Shown here: positions 61,008-64,000 of the stretch, one piece after another
How the letters are laid out: each line of letters opens with the position of its first letter
How positions within the stretch are numbered: position 1 is the first letter of the stretch
DNA from: an uncultured virus (IMG/VR IMGVR_UViG_3300033075_000390)
Taxonomy: Duplodnaviria > Heunggongvirae > Uroviricota > Caudoviricetes
Virus record (IMG/VR): IMGVR_UViG_3300033075_000390
Reading direction: 5' to 3' (one strand)
Length of the DNA: 64,000 bases
Program-made: the position numbers and the translations under genes
Notes under the pieces: generated by a model
What the model was told of the DNA's origin: nothing
Databases searched by the model: none
Seen by the model: only the letters and a program-made list of their open reading frames with translations

Positions 61008-62027
61008 TTATACAGTAGCACCTTTAACAGCACGAACGACCACTTGAGGACGACGCATCAAATTAAGAGTGTTCATCTCTGATTCAATCTCAATCTTAGA
61101 GCCTTTACCATCTTCGTAAACGAATAGGTAGCCACTTTCACCTAATGTGTTAGCAAGGTCAAACTTGTTAGCAGGAGAGAAGTAAGTTTTGAAAGTATCC
61201 GAAGTATCTAGCGGTAGGTAGTAAGCATCACCATCTGGAATAAGAGCTTGTGATACACCTGAAGCATCTTTGAACTTACCATTATAGCGGATCAAAGTGA
61301 TGTCACCATGACGGAATTGAGACCAGTTACCGTTACGTAAAGGTTCTTGTGTAGAAGTGTAGAACTTGTACGCTTCTTTAACACCTGCTTGAGAGATATA
61401 AGCATCAAAGTAAGATGGAGAGCAAAGAGCAATAATCTCAGATGGTGTTTCACCACTCATGATATTGTCTTGGATATGGTCTACGATTTCACGCTGTTTA
61501 CCAAGAATATCAGTAGCAGCATTAGTTAAGTCCATTGCTACTTGTTTACGAGTAACGCCAAAGTCAGTATACACGTTACCAACAACAGTACCATTAGGTG
61601 CATAAATGTCACCTGAAGTAATCATCTTAGCACGAGCAGTTTCTAATGTAGCCGCATGTGATTTACGAATAGTAGTTAGTTTACGAGCTTGAACTGACGC
61701 TAAACGCTCTACACCTTCTTCACCATAAGCACGTTGCCCTTGAACGTCTTGTGGAGTAATGTAGTCATCAAGAGGGAAGTGCGGAATTGCGTATGAACGC
61801 ATAACACGAGTACCGTCTTTAGATACGTTGTTACGTTCACCACGGACTTTATCACCAATAAGACCAATAACACGATTAGATGCTTCAAAAGTTACTGTAT
61901 GTTGAGATACAGGCTCTACGTCAAAGATACCGAGTTGGTTGATTAGACCGTATTCGTTAGGAATTGATACAAGTTCTTCTGTTAGGTCGGTAACTTTAAA
62001 ACCGTTACCATAATCTCGAATAATCAT
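61008..62027 (-). CDS. major capsid protein (lambda gpE-like family)
   Basis: LTE....IPN.YG....LG.F, PHFP.DD.I...D.QG.R..G, T.E, F.T..SPA, ESE.N.L....RP. Confidence 0.9.
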   Translation of the reverse strand: MIIRDYGNGFKVTDLTEELVSIPNEYGLINQLGIFDVEPVSQHTVTFEASNRVIGLIGDKVRGERNNVSKDGTRVMRSYAIPHFPLDDYITPQDVQGQRAYGEEGVERLASVQARKLTTIRKSHAATLETARAKMITSGDIYAPNGTVVGNVYTDFGVTRKQVAMDLTNAATDILGKQREIVDHIQDNIMSGETPSEIIALCSPSYFDAYISQAGVKEAYKFYTSTQEPLRNGNWSQFRHGDITLIRYNGKFKDASGVSQALIPDGDAYYLPLDTSDTFKTYFSPANKFDLANTLGESGYLFVYEDGKGSKIEIESEMNTLNLMRRPQVVVRAVKGATV

Positions 62028-62056
62028 TCTATTTTTGTCCTTTATTATTATTATTA

Positions 62057-62470
62057 TTAGATAGAGTCGTTAGCTAAGATTTCTTTAGTAGCTAAAGAAG
62101 CATAAGCAGCAGCAAGTTTAGTTGCATCGTTGAAAGAGCTATGTGGTTTTAAACCAGTTTTACGTACAATAGTTTCACCACGTACAATAGCTAATACTTT
62201 AGTATCTGTGGTAGCAGGAACAGCAACACTTAGGTTGTGCAAGTCTTTACCAACAACAACAGCTACAGGAGCTTCTGAACCATCAGTTGCAGTTTGTACA
62301 GATTCTTTATATTTACCAGTAAGAGTTACTTTACCAAGCAACATACCAAGTGTAAGGGTCTTAGCAGTATCGTTAACTACAACAAGTTCACGAGTAAGGG
62401 CTAAATCTGGTTTACTTTCGTATTTTACTACATCTGAATAACGTGGGGTGTCTTGTGCAATAATTGTCAT
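62057..62470 (-). CDS. head decoration protein
   Basis: G.LLGK...GKY......DGSE...AV...RG; upstream of capsid gene. Confidence 0.8.
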   Translation of the reverse strand: MTIIAQDTPRYSDVVKYESKPDLALTRELVVVNDTAKTLTLGMLLGKVTLTGKYKESVQTATDGSEAPVAVVVGKDLHNLSVAVPATTDTKVLAIVRGETIVRKTGLKPHSSFNDATKLAAAYASLATKEILANDSI

Positions 62471-62487
62471 TTATTATAATCCTCTTA

Positions 62488-63522
62488 TTATGCTTTTTTA
62501 AGTAATTTATCTAGTTCAGCTTGAACAGCAGATTTAGCAACTTTAACGCCTTCCTCTGGTGAACCTTTCTCTTTAAACATTTCTGATTCATCTACTTTAG
62601 CAGTAAGAGCTTTAACAACATCTACTACATCTTTAAATGCTTCAGCATCTAAGTCTTTAACAGCTTTAAATAGTTTAGCAGAAGCATCTACATCAACTAC
62701 AGCAGCAACTACTTCAGCTTCACGAGCTTTCTCAACAGCTTCTTTTTCTTTAGCTTTGAATAACTCGATTTCTTCTTTAGCTTTCTGAATGTCAGCTAGA
62801 GCTTTTTGAAGTTCTACTTCTTTTGCATCATACTGAGCTTTTTCAATTGTTTCTTGTGTCATTTCATTTTCCTGTGTGTCGGCTTTAGAAGCCTTAGTTT
62901 GTTTAGGATTTACACCCTTTGTAGGCTTACCGCCACTTTCACCATCTAAGTCTTTCTTTACTTCTTGTAACTTGAAAGACTTTTCAATAAACTGTTGATC
63001 TTTTAATAGGTTTAAATATTGATCTTCTGTAAGAGAGTTAATGAAATCTGTACTACCTTTAGCTAATGTAGCTGATTTAAGAATCTCAATACCTTGTAGT
63101 TGATCTTCAACCCATTCTTTACGATCTTGACTTGTAGGTCGAGTAATAGGATCGCCCCAATGATCTAGATTACCTTCTTTAGATGCTTTATCACGATACC
63201 AACACCAAAAGCTTTCCTGACCGTACTCATCAGAGTCATCTTCACTTTCAACATATCCAAACATTGTAGCTAAGACTTCTGCATCATCTCCCCAAATATG
63301 AAAGAATTTTTCTAAGAAGTCTGGAAGGGATAGTGTTACACGAATCTGTGACGCTTTCTGAATAAACTCTGGAGATCGGTTGTCTACGGATTTCATAACT
63401 AATGTTTTATAACCTGATGCAGCACCACCTTGTGCTTTATGTACTAAAGCTAAGTGAGCACCTTCGTGTTCAAATGTAATATCTGTCAATTTTCGTTTTG
63501 CTTTAGTCACTACCTTCTCCAT
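62488..63522 (-). CDS. prohead protease-associated/scaffold protein
   Basis: H.ALV...GGAA.G N-terminus, charged coiled-coil C-terminus; possible internal start at 62862. Confidence 0.7.
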   Translation of the reverse strand: MEKVVTKAKRKLTDITFEHEGAHLALVHKAQGGAASGYKTLVMKSVDNRSPEFIQKASQIRVTLSLPDFLEKFFHIWGDDAEVLATMFGYVESEDDSDEYGQESFWCWYRDKASKEGNLDHWGDPITRPTSQDRKEWVEDQLQGIEILKSATLAKGSTDFINSLTEDQYLNLLKDQQFIEKSFKLQEVKKDLDGESGGKPTKGVNPKQTKASKADTQENEMTQETIEKAQYDAKEVELQKALADIQKAKEEIELFKAKEKEAVEKAREAEVVAAVVDVDASAKLFKAVKDLDAEAFKDVVDVVKALTAKVDESEMFKEKGSPEEGVKVAKSAVQAELDKLLKKA

Positions 63523-63907
63523 CTAAACTCTCTGCATCAGCCTTAGCTCCAATACTTACACCTGTATAATTACCACTCTTAACTTCAGACCATATGTCAT
63601 CGTCTATAAATTGCAAAACTGATAACCAGCTTCCAGCCTTAATGATTGTCTCACCCATTTGCATATCAACTGGCGCAATATAACTCTCAACAACAGAGAA
63701 AGCCTCTGTGTCGAAGAGATGTAAAAGGTTTGCTTTACGGCAGTAGGTGTTAAAGTTATGACAGGCTTTACGAACTTCTGTAGCATCGTAAATATCACCA
63801 TGTAGATCAACTTCATCAGGAGAGAGTACAAGGAATGTTGCTTGTTTTAATTCTTCTTGTGCTTGCTTAAAAATAGGAACATTTGATGTTCGTTTCTTAA
63901 CTGGCAT
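63503..63907 (-). CDS. XkdF-like prohead protease
   Basis: VL.PD.VDLHGD......V.KA..NF, H, VESYIAP, GSW......D..W..VK.G..TG.SIG. Confidence 0.82.
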   Translation of the reverse strand: MPVKKRTSNVPIFKQAQEELKQATFLVLSPDEVDLHGDIYDATEVRKACHNFNTYCRKANLLHLFDTEAFSVVESYIAPVDMQMGETIIKAGSWLSVLQFIDDDIWSEVKSGNYTGVSIGAKADAESLDGEGSD

Positions 63908-64000
63908 TTAACTTACCCTTTTAATTATAGTTGTGAGTAAGCTTATATTTATTCTGTAGCAATTCTCATTGCCTTATAGCTGTATTATATAACCAAGAAT

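Noticed and set aside
3255..62441. Many antisense or alternate-frame ORFs in the track (e.g. 3255-3560, 17770-18009, 21966-22292, 24990-25319, 52367-52636, 57396-57680, 62130-62441)
   Set aside because: Shadows of well-supported genes, with no RBS or recognisable motifs

Overview
This 64 kb window is part of an AT-rich, apparently lytic, long-tailed (siphovirus-like) dsDNA phage genome. No integrase, repressor or phage RNA polymerase is visible in the window, and many promoters match the sigma70 consensus. From my own recollection of similar sequences (no search run), several small proteins and the tail fibre/assembly genes resemble those of Acinetobacter phages. Layout: small genes and dCMP deaminase (1-2.6 kb); an SF2-helicase-like gene with an AT-rich non-coding region and four perfect DnaA boxes (2.6-5.2 kb); a probable early/host-takeover cluster (5-9 kb); a leftward arm with dUTPase, ThyX and an SleB-like hydrolase (9-21 kb); a divergent origin-like gap (21.0-21.9 kb); a rightward replication arm (22-46 kb: MTase, primase-helicase, family B polymerase, SSB, exonuclease, endo VII, NrdA/NrdB/glutaredoxin, a second SF2-like gene, a second MTase); and a leftward late arm (46-64 kb: head, tail, tape measure, a very small tail-tip module, holin, amidase). 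Most notable: (1) at least nine free-standing endonuclease genes, six of one family. Several show an insert-and-repair footprint: a displaced orphan 3' half of the hydrolase gene, a duplicated RBS/N-terminus of the primase gene, and a direct repeat flanking an HNH gene. (2) An ORF-less 252-nt group I intron splitting the catalytic Cys codon of nrdA. (3) A tight DnaA-box array at the end of the early cluster. (4) Paired helicase-like genes sharing an upstream motif. (5) A candidate rod-shaped RNA at the head of the early cluster.
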